In this document: positions 7,930 through 17,763 of the stretch, one piece after another | How the letters are laid out: each line of letters opens with the position of its first letter | Position numbering within the stretch: position 1 is the stretch's first letter | Origin: a virus | Taxonomy: Duplodnaviria; Caudoviricetes | IMG/VR virus record: IMGVR_UViG_3300039037_000119 | Location: 1 to 52,443 of that record | Strand: one strand, 5' to 3' | DNA length: 52,443 nucleotides | The notes under the pieces: model-generated | What the model saw: only the letters and a program-made list of their open reading frames with translations | What the model was told of the DNA's origin: nothing | Databases searched by the model: none | Made by a program: the position numbers and the translations under genes

Positions 7930-9156
7930 ATGACAGACGAAAAATTTGGATTTGAAGAAGCTTTAGCTAACATGGCTACTGCATCTAGTTCCTATCACAA
8001 AGAGTATGTATTTTATGCTCACCTTATTTCACAGTGTCGTGTAACATACGATCCAAAACTAGGGGTGACTGAAGAGGACCCTGAAGGTACTCCATGTGAT
8101 GTAAACTTTATGCATGACCATTACAATCTATTCATTAACCCTACCCTATTTAATCAGATGCCTTTAACACATCGTATGGGTACTTTAAAACACAATATGT
8201 TACATATCCTATACGATCATGTAACTCGTTTAGAAGGACGTGATGTAAAGAAATTCCAAAAAGCTACAGATTGCGCTATTAACCAGCATATCAATGCAGA
8301 CCATCTACCTGATGATGCTGTCACGCCTGAAAACCTACTAGGTAATTATCCAGTCTCTGAAAACAAGACAGCAGAACAATACTTTGAGATGCTTCCTGAT
8401 GAAGACGATAATAATAATGATAATGATGATGATGGGGGTAGTGGTTCATCTACAGGTGATCACCAACAATGGGCTGAATCGCAAGGTGAAGAAGTAATCC
8501 AACAAGATCTTACAAAGAAAATGATGGAACAAGCTAATGCTGAAACCCAAAAAGTACAAGGCAATACTCCTTCTCAATATACTGATTGGCTAGATATCTT
8601 TAACAATGATAAACAAGTCAATTGGAAACAAGTATTACGTCGTATTGTAGGTAACCGTAGAGCTAACCAACGTAAAACATTACTGCGTAGAGATAGACGT
8701 TCCCCTCACTTCGAACATATCAAAGGTCGTACAAAAGACCGTACTTTTGATTTATTAGTAGTAGGGGACGAATCTGGTTCAGTATCTGATACAGAACTAG
8801 TGCAAGCTATTTCAGAAACAATACAGCTATGTAAAGTAATGAATACAAGCACTAGATATATCTCAGTAGATACTCAAGCTTACCCATCAGTAGAGTTAAA
8901 AGCTAATACCCGCTCTTTTGAACGTAATGCTCGTGGTGGTACATACATCTCAAAAGCCTTAAAACAAGCTTCTAAAGAACATCTATCTTATGATGCCTTA
9001 CTAGTCATTACAGATGGATATTTACATACGTCTGATGTAGAAGCCTTTGCTGAAGCTAATCGCCCTACTATCTTCTTAATTACCTCAGAAGGACAAATCA
9101 TGGACCAAATGCAAACAGGTCGTATGAGAGCTATCAAACTAGAGACAGGTGATTAG
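7930..9156 (+). CDS. Metallopeptidase-like (DUF2201-type) plus vWA domain protein, MoxR partner
   Basis: HNMLH at the HExxH position, ATDCAIN, acidic linker, MIDAS DESGS..GGT..ITDG. Confidence 0.85.
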   Translation: MTDEKFGFEEALANMATASSSYHKEYVFYAHLISQCRVTYDPKLGVTEEDPEGTPCDVNFMHDHYNLFINPTLFNQMPLTHRMGTLKHNMLHILYDHVTRLEGRDVKKFQKATDCAINQHINADHLPDDAVTPENLLGNYPVSENKTAEQYFEMLPDEDDNNNDNDDDGGSGSSTGDHQQWAESQGEEVIQQDLTKKMMEQANAETQKVQGNTPSQYTDWLDIFNNDKQVNWKQVLRRIVGNRRANQRKTLLRRDRRSPHFEHIKGRTKDRTFDLLVVGDESGSVSDTELVQAISETIQLCKVMNTSTRYISVDTQAYPSVELKANTRSFERNARGGTYISKALKQASKEHLSYDALLVITDGYLHTSDVEAFAEANRPTIFLITSEGQIMDQMQTGRMRAIKLETGD

Positions 9157-9157
9157 T

Positions 9158-9446
9158 ATGATAGTAGATATACATTTGACAAAGAGTGGAGAGCACTTAC
9201 ATTTACGTGTAGTAGCACAACCTCCTTATGACGGTCTAGCTAATAAAAATAACCCTTACCGACAATTACTAGATAGTAAAAAAAGGTATATATAAAAACT
9301 TAATAGAAAAATTAAAACCTCTAATACTAGAACAGGAAAGAGGTATCAAACATCCTTACGTACAATCCCTATTAGCAAAAAATAGCCTAGAAACACTTCA
9401 ACTATTTAAACAGGCTAGAAAAACAAATCCGGAATATTTTATATGA
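9158..9446 (+). pseudogene. PE-tag small protein interrupted by a +1 frameshift at an A7 tract
   Basis: ATG 9158 stops shortly after A7 (9278-9284); removing one A gives a 95-aa ORF ending KTNPEYFI*, ATGA-coupled to 9443. Confidence 0.8.
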
Positions 9447-9700
9447 AACTTATAACTAGGTTACACACTCCTGATGGTACGATCAATGAAAACCCATTAA
9501 CATTAGTAGACTTTACAGAGTTTTCTGAAGATATACAGGAAACTATAATAACTCTACTAACACCTGAAGACCAAAAAGCGGTAAGAGACGTATACAAACA
9601 AGAACGAGAGCTTATTACTTCAAGACAACAACTTATTGGAAACATTTACAGCAGAATAACAAACGAAATTAAGATTAAACACCCAGAACACTTTATCTAA
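9443..9700 (+). CDS. PE-tag small protein (HPEHFI*)
   Basis: C-terminal motif. Confidence 0.8.
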   Translation: MKLITRLHTPDGTINENPLTLVDFTEFSEDIQETIITLLTPEDQKAVRDVYKQERELITSRQQLIGNIYSRITNEIKIKHPEHFI

Positions 9701-9713
9701 TTGGAGAACATAT

Positions 9714-11003
9714 ATGAACATTAAACAAGTATTTAACTTAATTCAAGAAGCGGATGCGGTAGATCACGTACCTCTAATTGAATCATTACACGGTATTGGT
9801 AAATCAACAATTTGTGAAACCTACGCTCGTGAAAAAAACCTTCATTTTGAACCGTTAATCCTATCCTTAATGGATATTGGAGATCTTATCGGTATTCCTC
9901 GTACTACTCAAGTAGGCGGACAAACAACAACTGTATGGGCAGCGCCAGATTGGTATTCACGTATCGTAAACGCAGCTTGGCCTACAGAAATGCCTATTGA
10001 CCGTTTAAAGTTTGTAGACACAGGTTTATACGATCTAGTAAAAAATCTAGCTACAGAAATGATTAAACGTGAGAAACTAAACGAGCTATATTGCCAATTC
10101 TACAAGCTACCATCTGACGAACTACAATTACTCCGTCAAGAAAATGTAGTATACCTAGATGCAAAACGTTCTGTACTATTCCTAGATGAATTTAACCGTT
10201 CACCTAGTGATGTATTAAACGCCTCGTTACAGCTAATCCTAGAAAAACGTTTGCATACACATATCTTACCTAGAGTCGGTGGTAAAGATACATTCATCGT
10301 ATCAGCAATCAACCCTTCTGACGGTGATTATACAGTAGTAGACTTTGATCCAGCCTTATTAGACCGTTTTGTACAATGCAACCTAGATCCAGATACAAAT
10401 GCCTGGTTATCATGGGCTAACGACAACAACGTAAATGAAGTAGTACGTGACTACTTAACAGAGAACCCATCAAAACTACACTTTGTACCTAAAGATGGTA
10501 AGAAAGGCTCTTCACCACGTTCATGGACTAGATTAGCCTCATACCTAGACAGTATTAATAACAAACCTACTGAGACCACTTCATACTACTTAAAAGGTAT
10601 TATCGGTGAATCACTAGCAGCAGAATTCTTACTATTCTTACAAGGTTATGCTCGTTCTATGTCAGTAGAAGAGATTCAAGAAATTGTAGAGAAGAAAGCA
10701 AAACGTGTTAAAGACATCGAAAAACTAGGTGCTCATGTAGGTAAAGCTATCGACAAGGTAGAGGCTATTAAAAAAATGGAGTTAGCCCACAACCTGCAAA
10801 AGGCTTATACCGATGTAAAAGATGCTTCAGAAGCATTACCATACCTAGCTTACTTATACGGGTTGCCTCTAGAAAACTTAACAGCCTTCTTAACAAATCT
10901 AAAATCAGACAATCAAACTGCGTTCCAGCAACTAGTGGCTTTTGATGGAGAATTGAATAGTAAAGGTTTATTCCGAAAAATTGTAACTAAGGTAGCAAGC
11001 TAA
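9714..11003 (+). CDS. MoxR-like AAA+ ATPase
   Basis: Walker A SLHGIGKS, DLIGIP, Walker B LFLDEFNR, AINP, DPALLDRF, SPRSW; adjacent to the vWA gene. Confidence 0.9.
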   Translation: MNIKQVFNLIQEADAVDHVPLIESLHGIGKSTICETYAREKNLHFEPLILSLMDIGDLIGIPRTTQVGGQTTTVWAAPDWYSRIVNAAWPTEMPIDRLKFVDTGLYDLVKNLATEMIKREKLNELYCQFYKLPSDELQLLRQENVVYLDAKRSVLFLDEFNRSPSDVLNASLQLILEKRLHTHILPRVGGKDTFIVSAINPSDGDYTVVDFDPALLDRFVQCNLDPDTNAWLSWANDNNVNEVVRDYLTENPSKLHFVPKDGKKGSSPRSWTRLASYLDSINNKPTETTSYYLKGIIGESLAAEFLLFLQGYARSMSVEEIQEIVEKKAKRVKDIEKLGAHVGKAIDKVEAIKKMELAHNLQKAYTDVKDASEALPYLAYLYGLPLENLTAFLTNLKSDNQTAFQQLVAFDGELNSKGLFRKIVTKVAS

Positions 11004-11005
11004 TT

Positions 11006-11416
11006 ATGTTACGTATTCTACTATTAGAGACTCTAATATGGAGTCTCATTTATTTCGGTTTGTACGTAACTAACTATCCTATATTTACAGGTATAGCCTA
11101 CTTCGTACTTATAACCATAACCTTAGCAACAGGTATCTTTGCTATAGCATCACTTGGAATACAGGCAGCAATAAAAAGAAAAGGTACTTTACCTAAAGAG
11201 GTGGTACCTGAAGCAATAAACTTCTTACTCAAATCTTCACCTCTGTATGCGGGTATCGTCTTCCTATTAATTCTAGCTAAAACATATGTAATATACTATT
11301 CAGGGCATATGGAATTAGCTGTGTTCTATGGAGGTACCTTACTCTTATCTAGTGCATACATTAACCTAGTATTTAGCCCTTTCCTTAAAAAACAAATATT
11401 AAACTATAAGCTATAA
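11006..11416 (+). CDS. Multi-pass membrane protein
   Basis: About four hydrophobic segments. Confidence 0.75.
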   Translation: MLRILLLETLIWSLIYFGLYVTNYPIFTGIAYFVLITITLATGIFAIASLGIQAAIKRKGTLPKEVVPEAINFLLKSSPLYAGIVFLLILAKTYVIYYSGHMELAVFYGGTLLLSSAYINLVFSPFLKKQILNYKL

Positions 11417-11517
11417 GGATATTTAAACCTTCTCCAAGGTAACCTATCCCTGTGATGGTTAATCAGGGACCTATTAAAATACGTATTCTTTAAGTACTTA
11501 TCTTAGTAGGTCAAACC

Positions 11518-11526
11518 TGCTATAAT
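11518..11526 (+). promoter_or_regulatory. Extended -10 promoter upstream of phoH
   Basis: TGCTATAAT (TGnTATAAT) in an intergenic gap, following hairpins at ~11447-11512. Confidence 0.65.
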
Positions 11527-11558
11527 AGAGTTTCTATCAACTAGATAAAGGCTACTAA

Positions 11559-12260
11559 ATGGCTCGTAAGAAACCGCATAACGCTAAACCCCTAGAAAAA
11601 GACAACCTAAAAGTCTCTGATGTCCAACCTTTTAATGACAGACAAGCAGACATTCTCCACACACTCCAAGCAACAGATAAACACATATCCCTACTAGGTT
11701 ATGCCGGGGTAGGTAAGTCCTATCTAGCTTTAGCAGGTGCATCTCTTCTCCTTGAACGAGGTGACTACAACAAAATAGTAATTATCCGCTCAGCAGTTCA
11801 AACTCGTGATATAGGGCATCTTCCTGGTTCGCTTGAGGAAAAAGGCCTAGTTTACGAACTTCCGTATAGAAAGATATTTTCAGACATTTTTAAACGTGAC
11901 GACGCTTATGACATACTTAAAAAGAAAGACATTGTACGCTTTATGCTTACTAGTTATGTTCGAGGTCTTACTATGGATAATGCAATTATCGTAGTAGAGG
12001 AAGCTCAAAATTTTACAGCTCATGAACTAGCTAGTGTAATCACTCGTGCAGGACAGAATAGTCGTATTATAATCACAGGAGACATCCTACAACGAGACTT
12101 AACACGAGAGAAAGAGAAAGATGTGGAAAAAGTATTTAAAGTCCTGGAAGAGCTACCACAGTTCGCTAGATTTGACTTTGAAGCAGATGACATAGTACGA
12201 TCCGGTCTAGTTAAAGACTTCATTATCAAATCAACTGAAATGTACCCTGAAGGGTTATAG
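11559..12260 (+). CDS. phoH: PhoH-family ATPase
   Basis: GYAGVGKS, IGHLPGSLEEK, RGLT, IVVEEAQN, TRAG, GDxxQ, DIVRSGLV. Confidence 0.95.
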   Translation: MARKKPHNAKPLEKDNLKVSDVQPFNDRQADILHTLQATDKHISLLGYAGVGKSYLALAGASLLLERGDYNKIVIIRSAVQTRDIGHLPGSLEEKGLVYELPYRKIFSDIFKRDDAYDILKKKDIVRFMLTSYVRGLTMDNAIIVVEEAQNFTAHELASVITRAGQNSRIIITGDILQRDLTREKEKDVEKVFKVLEELPQFARFDFEADDIVRSGLVKDFIIKSTEMYPEGL

Positions 12261-12286
12261 ACTAATCTAAATATAAGGAGCTCTAT

Positions 12287-12526
12287 ATGGCAGCTCCTTA
12301 CTTACTTACAACCTTCATATACCCTAACGAAACTTGTCTTTACCGAGTGGTAGATCACACTAATCCAAAAAATCCTATATTCTACCCAAGTCATAAAACT
12401 ATCTCAGGAGCTATCCGTAACTTTAAAACAAAACCTCCTATCCCTTTTCCTAAACCGTACACTATAGCTCTACCTTTCTATACTATAGAATCCCTACAAG
12501 AAGGGTATCCGGAGTTCTTTATATGA
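12287..12526 (+). CDS. PE-tag small protein (YPEFFI*)
   Basis: C-terminal motif; AAGGAG RBS. Confidence 0.8.
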   Translation: MAAPYLLTTFIYPNETCLYRVVDHTNPKNPIFYPSHKTISGAIRNFKTKPPIPFPKPYTIALPFYTIESLQEGYPEFFI

Positions 12527-12563
12527 ATATACTAACTACAATCACCCCGAATTTTTTATCTAG
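12523..12563 (+). pseudogene. Remnant of a PE-tag gene (start and tagged end only)
   Basis: Coupled ATG at 12523, then out-of-frame CAC CCC GAA TTT TTT ATC TAG (HPEFFI*) at 12543-12563. Confidence 0.7.
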
Positions 12564-12571
12564 GAACTATT

Positions 12572-13483
12572 ATGAACCAAATTAAAGCAACAATCATCTC
12601 AGACTCTATCACTCCTGCAGGTAAACGTATTACCTCATTTGAACTGGAGTATCCAAGATTCATCCACGCAGAGCTTATGACCCATCGTCAGTTTAGTCGT
12701 AATGCAGCTAGTTCTCGTGCTATCCCGGTATCTACTACTTCTGCTCAAATTAAAGCTAACCCCGCTGTACCTTTTTATTTTGGTTCTAATCAAAAAGGTA
12801 TGCAAGCAGGTGCAGAGCTTACAGGTAAACGCTTAGACCTAACCCAATCAATCTGGAAAGAAGCTGCTACTTCAGCTGCAGAGTATGCATCTATCCTATC
12901 AGACCTAGGTCTCCACAAACAACACGCTAACAGGGTATCGGAAGTATTCCAAACTTACAAAGTAGTACTAACAACCACAGAAATCGCAAACTTCTTACAC
13001 TTACGTGATCATCCCGATGCTCAACCTGAAATACGTCTCCTAGCTTCATATATGAATACTGCTATGGAAGCGTCTACCCCTAAGCATTTAAACCCAGGTG
13101 AATGGCATTTACCTTACACCACTACAGTAAAAAGCACAGAAGGCAAAGTAACATATCTAGATGCTGACGGCACTGTACTAACAGAGGAAGAAGCCATCAA
13201 AGTATCTGCTAGTTGCTGTGCTCAAGTTAGCTATCGTGTACTAGACCATTCCTTACCTAAAGCATTAGCTATCTATGACCAACTAGTATCTTCGGAACCT
13301 GTCCATGCTTCACCTTTCGAACATCAAGCTACTCCAATGAAAGTAGAAAACCACCTAGATTCTACCTTATTTGAATGGCAAGAAGGTGTAACACATGTAG
13401 ACAAGAACGGTTATTTTTGGTCAGGAAACTTCCAAGGTTGGATTCAAAATCGTCAATTAATCCCTAACCATGTAATTTCTTAA
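12572..13483 (+). CDS. thyX: Flavin-dependent thymidylate synthase
   Basis: AELMTHRQFSRNAASSRAIP (ThyX signature variant), KQHANR, LRDHPDAQPEIR, HASPFEHQA. Confidence 0.92.
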   Translation: MNQIKATIISDSITPAGKRITSFELEYPRFIHAELMTHRQFSRNAASSRAIPVSTTSAQIKANPAVPFYFGSNQKGMQAGAELTGKRLDLTQSIWKEAATSAAEYASILSDLGLHKQHANRVSEVFQTYKVVLTTTEIANFLHLRDHPDAQPEIRLLASYMNTAMEASTPKHLNPGEWHLPYTTTVKSTEGKVTYLDADGTVLTEEEAIKVSASCCAQVSYRVLDHSLPKALAIYDQLVSSEPVHASPFEHQATPMKVENHLDSTLFEWQEGVTHVDKNGYFWSGNFQGWIQNRQLIPNHVIS

Positions 13484-13492
13484 GGACTCTTT

Positions 13493-13702
13493 ATGTATTT
13501 CGATAATCTTAATATTCACCAAACGGTAGACACAGAATGTAAAGGATTATTTGATTATTATACAGATATGACTGCAAAAGCTTTTGAAGACGCTATATAC
13601 AAGCAATCCCTGGAAAAGGTTCTAGAAAAAGAATTTAAGGGACTTACCTTAAAACAAGTACAAAAAGCTGCTAAAGAGTTATACCCAGAAAAATTTATAT
13701 AG
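13493..13702 (+). CDS. PE-tag small protein (YPEKFI*)
   Basis: C-terminal motif; AAGGA RBS. Confidence 0.8.
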   Translation: MYFDNLNIHQTVDTECKGLFDYYTDMTAKAFEDAIYKQSLEKVLEKEFKGLTLKQVQKAAKELYPEKFI

Positions 13703-13710
13703 AGACCATT

Positions 13711-14031
13711 ATGCGAGTAAATATCTACCTAGTAGGAACATCTATCGGTTGTGCTTTAGAGATAGAAGTAGCAAGATATACAGGATGGAGTCACATACAA
13801 CTAACAGATGACAAAAGCTCTAGACGTAAAGATTTATGCTTTTTACTCACTGACCCGTTGTTAGATTTGTCTTCCTCCCCAGACCGGATGTACCAAGACA
13901 AGCTAGATGAAGAAGACTACACCAACGTAAGATTACTAGAATCCTTTACTGTACAAGAGAAAGACCTAGAAACCAGACTAGTTTATTGGATGTCTGTCGT
14001 AGAAGAAAAATACCCGGAGTACTTTATATGA
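13711..14031 (+). CDS. PE-tag small protein (YPEYFI*), paralog of 14345..14677
   Basis: Shares MRxxIYLV, EVAxY, LCxxLTDP, YxNVxLxxSFTVxExDLETxLxYW. Confidence 0.85.
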   Translation: MRVNIYLVGTSIGCALEIEVARYTGWSHIQLTDDKSSRRKDLCFLLTDPLLDLSSSPDRMYQDKLDEEDYTNVRLLESFTVQEKDLETRLVYWMSVVEEKYPEYFI

Positions 14032-14336
14032 AACTAGACATATATAAATATGCAACTATACCTATACTAGAATATGAGATAGACGGAGTAATGGGTATTG
14101 CTCATGTAGAAATTAGTATAGAGGACAGTAATATAGATACAGAAAAAGCACTTAAAAAAGCTCATCAAAGAAACTATCCTACAGACCCATCTATGTTATC
14201 ACTAAAAGAGTGGGCTCCTAATACAGAATTTATTCATATGGTCACAGCAGAAGTAAATAATGTTTCGGAAATTCGTGAAGTATTTACTAATACTTTAAAA
14301 AACCTAAAAACAACAAACCCCGAACTTTACCTATAG
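14028..14336 (+). CDS. PE-tag small protein (NPELYL*)
   Basis: Start revised to ATG 14028 (ATGA overlap, GGAG upstream); C-terminal motif. Confidence 0.8.
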   Translation: MKLDIYKYATIPILEYEIDGVMGIAHVEISIEDSNIDTEKALKKAHQRNYPTDPSMLSLKEWAPNTEFIHMVTAEVNNVSEIREVFTNTLKNLKTTNPELYL

Positions 14337-14344
14337 GAAAATGT

Positions 14345-14677
14345 ATGCGTATATGTATATACTTAGTGGAAACTCATGACAGAAATTACGGTTTAGATAT
14401 AGAAGTTGCTGGGTACTCTCCTTACACTTTTGCATGTGTAAACACCCACACACCACGATCACATGCTGATCGTGCTAATCTATGTGATGTACTTACCGAC
14501 CCTTTTTTACGTTACAATACACCTCTCGAATCTTTATACAGTTATAAAGTAAAAGATGAAGAGTACGTTAACGTAACATTAATAGACTCTTTTACAGTAC
14601 ATGAAACAGATCTAGAAACTAAGTTACTGTACTGGCTAGACAACGTTACTTCTATATACCCTGAGTTATTCCTATGA
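14345..14677 (+). CDS. PE-tag small protein (YPELFL*)
   Basis: C-terminal motif; paralog of 13711..14031. Confidence 0.85.
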   Translation: MRICIYLVETHDRNYGLDIEVAGYSPYTFACVNTHTPRSHADRANLCDVLTDPFLRYNTPLESLYSYKVKDEEYVNVTLIDSFTVHETDLETKLLYWLDNVTSIYPELFL

Positions 14678-14916
14678 ATATATATACACTTTACGATAGC
14701 TATGACGTATCACGCCTGCCTTTTATATGTTCAGGCAATAACTGTCTATTTATACCTTACTTGTTGTATGGACGTATAGAAGAAACAATAAATCAGCTTG
14801 ATGCTGGCTGGTCTAAGGAAATTCTACCTACATATGCACCTATAGCTACAATTCAATCTACATCAGAAAACTTCCTCCAAACACTCCAACAAGAATACCC
14901 AGAACTATTCCTATAA
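14674..14916 (+). CDS. PE-tag small protein (YPELFL*)
   Basis: C-terminal motif; ATGA overlap with the upstream gene. Confidence 0.8.
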   Translation: MNIYTLYDSYDVSRLPFICSGNNCLFIPYLLYGRIEETINQLDAGWSKEILPTYAPIATIQSTSENFLQTLQQEYPELFL

Positions 14917-14929
14917 TAACGAGAATACT

Positions 14930-17182
14930 ATGTACGAACTAACTAAAATGGAACTTGAGAACCGAGATGCTCTTACACCTAAACTAAACCCAATTACAGA
15001 ATGTGTTATTAATGCTATGCCTTTCCCTACAGTACCTGACAAAATGAAAGCAGTAATAGCAATCTCCCAATTAATTACTTTTGCATCTCAATTCAAACGT
15101 AATATCCTACTATGGGATCAATCGACTTCTGTACCAATCAACAGCATCTCATTCGTAGTAGCCGGTTCAGGAGCAGGTAAAGACTCTTCAGTAAAGAATG
15201 CTCGTAAATGTTTTCAACCAGGCTACAACATCGTAGAAAAAGAACGAGAGCATCTAGTTATCCAAGAAGCTATTGGACGAGCTAAACATGCTGGTGAAGA
15301 GTTACCAGAAGACCCAGACGTATATAGAGACTATATGCGTAGTATCCCACCAATCGACATTATGCCTACTACTGAACCTGGTCTAATCCAGCATATCAAC
15401 GATATCGGAAACTTAGGTATCTCAAGTGGTTACTTATATAGTGGTGAGTTTGCAGATGAATTAGCTTATAACCAGGATATGCTATCAAATATCAAGGTAC
15501 TATCAGAAACATTCGATCTAGGTGACAAAGAAGCTAAATACACAAAAGGAGCAGAATTCCGCTCTAACGCTATCTCAGGTCAGCCTGTATCAGCCTTATT
15601 CGTAGGTTCTCCTGGACACCTACTATACGATGAACCTACAAAGAAAAAATTCAATGTAGCGTTCATGTCAAAACTAGCTAGACGTTCATTCTTCTGCTAT
15701 ACTCCAGAAGTACTACCAGAACCTAGCTTTGACTCTATCTCGGAAATGTTAGATTACCAGAAAGGTATCCAAAATACTGCTTACGAAGCCCGTGGAGCAA
15801 TGGAAGATGCTGTCACAGCAATAGCAAATTACGGTATCAAAACTCTAGGTATGGACATCGAAACCTCACCAGAAGTATTCGAGTTATTTGAGATTTACAA
15901 ACGCTATAATAGCGAAGTAGTAACGAGACTATCTAACCAGGAATCAACCTACGCCCTAATCCGCCGACACCTACAATGGAAAGCACTAAAACTAGCGGGT
16001 GCATTTGCCCTACTAGATCAAAAAGATGTAATCTTAGAAGACCACTACATCCAAGCAATTCAATTCTGTGAACTACTAGATGAGGATATGGAACTCTTCG
16101 AGAAAGACCTAAATAAATCTAGTCATGAGCTATTCTCAGACTATATCCGCACCCAGTTAGTAGAAGACGGTAAAGCAGAAGTTACAGTACACGACATTAA
16201 AAAACTAGGGTTTGTACCATCAGTATCCAAACCTAAACTACAAGAACTAGTTCAATTATGTGCCGGCTACGATCCTAACGGAATCTACTCTGTAATTAAT
16301 GACGGTGGTGCTATCGAATACGAACCTGTAATTAAGACAGAAGTATTAGGTATCTCATTCAAACCTATCAACATCACTGCCTTAGACAGAGCTATTGAAA
16401 ATAACGATGCTAACGCCATTAGAGACGCTAAATACAATATTGCTGCTACAGCCTTATACGGATTTGAAGTAGAGGATACTACATTCGCAGAACTAGGTGA
16501 CTTACTACAAGGAAGCTATGCCTACTCTCCATTCAAATACGCTGATGGAAAACGAGGTAAAGCAAACATTCTAGGAGGTACTAAATGGTTAGTACTAGAT
16601 GTAGATGAGGCTCCTATGTCTGCAGAAGAAGCTCATTTCATGCTAAACGATGTAAATCACCATATTGCCTTATCTAGTGATCCGTCAAATGAGTACAAGT
16701 ATAGAATCCTAATTGAACTAGATTCTGTAGTAGACATTAACGCTGTTGAATGGAAGCACTTTTACCTAGGTATTGCGGAAGAATTAGCCTTAAAGGTAGA
16801 TATCCTACCCCAATCACAAATCTTCTTCTCTTATGAAGGACGTAAAGTATACTCTCAACTAGAAGCAGAACCTTTGACCACTCGTGATTTCGTAATGCAG
16901 GCTAAAGAAAAAGCTATTACTAAAGAGCAAAATAATAAAACAACCAATGCTCAGAAGAAAGCACTATTAAACGATCCACTAGAGACATTTAACTTTGCTT
17001 ACGAAGCTCCAATGGGACAAGGTTCTCGATCCTTAATCAGAGCGGCTTATTATGCAATCGACCTAGGTGCCACTAAAGAAGAGACACTAAACCTTATGGA
17101 AGCTATCAACAACTATTGGCAACTACCAATGGAAGCTTCTCGTTTTGAGAAAATTCTAACCCAAGTAACTAGTATGTATTAA
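14930..17182 (+). CDS. Putative helicase-primase: N-terminal P-loop (DUF3987-like) domain, C-terminal AEP-like primase plus PriCT-like domain
   Basis: Walker A AGSGAGKDS, LARR; WLVLDVDE..HH..KYRILIEL..QIFFSY; C-terminal GQGSRSLIRAA..IN..PM. Confidence 0.7.
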   Translation: MYELTKMELENRDALTPKLNPITECVINAMPFPTVPDKMKAVIAISQLITFASQFKRNILLWDQSTSVPINSISFVVAGSGAGKDSSVKNARKCFQPGYNIVEKEREHLVIQEAIGRAKHAGEELPEDPDVYRDYMRSIPPIDIMPTTEPGLIQHINDIGNLGISSGYLYSGEFADELAYNQDMLSNIKVLSETFDLGDKEAKYTKGAEFRSNAISGQPVSALFVGSPGHLLYDEPTKKKFNVAFMSKLARRSFFCYTPEVLPEPSFDSISEMLDYQKGIQNTAYEARGAMEDAVTAIANYGIKTLGMDIETSPEVFELFEIYKRYNSEVVTRLSNQESTYALIRRHLQWKALKLAGAFALLDQKDVILEDHYIQAIQFCELLDEDMELFEKDLNKSSHELFSDYIRTQLVEDGKAEVTVHDIKKLGFVPSVSKPKLQELVQLCAGYDPNGIYSVINDGGAIEYEPVIKTEVLGISFKPINITALDRAIENNDANAIRDAKYNIAATALYGFEVEDTTFAELGDLLQGSYAYSPFKYADGKRGKANILGGTKWLVLDVDEAPMSAEEAHFMLNDVNHHIALSSDPSNEYKYRILIELDSVVDINAVEWKHFYLGIAEELALKVDILPQSQIFFSYEGRKVYSQLEAEPLTTRDFVMQAKEKAITKEQNNKTTNAQKKALLNDPLETFNFAYEAPMGQGSRSLIRAAYYAIDLGATKEETLNLMEAINNYWQLPMEASRFEKILTQVTSMY

Positions 17183-17191
17183 GGAGCCGTA

Positions 17192-17482
17192 ATGAATGAT
17201 GGCGCAACAATATACTTAATACAAAGACTTGACACCAACTCTTTTGCATTTTTTTACACTGGTCTTGATCATTGTTGTTGGTTTTTAGGAGGCTCTATCT
17301 ACGAAAGTCTTGAGTATATAGACGATACTCAAGAAGATTTTAAAGATCGAGTATCCTACAAAATTAAAAGCCTGCAAGACTATATGAACATTTCAAATAT
17401 ACCTCTACAGGTGTTAAAAACCTTTAATGAAATACCTACTATAGAGTACTTAGAGGATAACTACCCAGAGGTACTCTTATGA
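17192..17482 (+). CDS. PE-tag small protein (YPEVLL*)
   Basis: C-terminal motif; AAGGAG RBS. Confidence 0.8.
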   Translation: MNDGATIYLIQRLDTNSFAFFYTGLDHCCWFLGGSIYESLEYIDDTQEDFKDRVSYKIKSLQDYMNISNIPLQVLKTFNEIPTIEYLEDNYPEVLL

Positions 17483-17763
17483 AAACATATATAGTAAAAG
17501 TAGAGGAATGGAATAAAACAGGTCTTCTTATAATTATAGGTGAAAGGGAAGGAAGCAGGTGGGAATTTACTTTTAAGAATTTTAAAGATAATTTACAAAA
17601 AATAAAGAAAAGACTAGAAGACAAAGCTTACACATCAAATAATATACGATCTATAAGTGATTTTAGAAATCACTTAGGCAAGCCATTAAAAATTTTAGCC
17701 ACTTTTGATCAATTACCCCCAGTAGAAGAAATAAAATCAACCTATCCGGAGCTATTTATATGA
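17479..17763 (+). CDS. PE-tag small protein (YPELFI*)
   Basis: C-terminal motif; C-terminal 25 aa resemble the upstream gene. Confidence 0.8.
   Translation: MKTYIVKVEEWNKTGLLIIIGEREGSRWEFTFKNFKDNLQKIKKRLEDKAYTSNNIRSISDFRNHLGKPLKILATFDQLPPVEEIKSTYPELFI

Noticed and set aside
12240-12260. PhoH C-terminus MYPEGL* as a tag copy
   Set aside because: Pro is at -4 rather than -5 and Gly replaces the hydrophobic residue; it may be a degenerate copy but was not counted.
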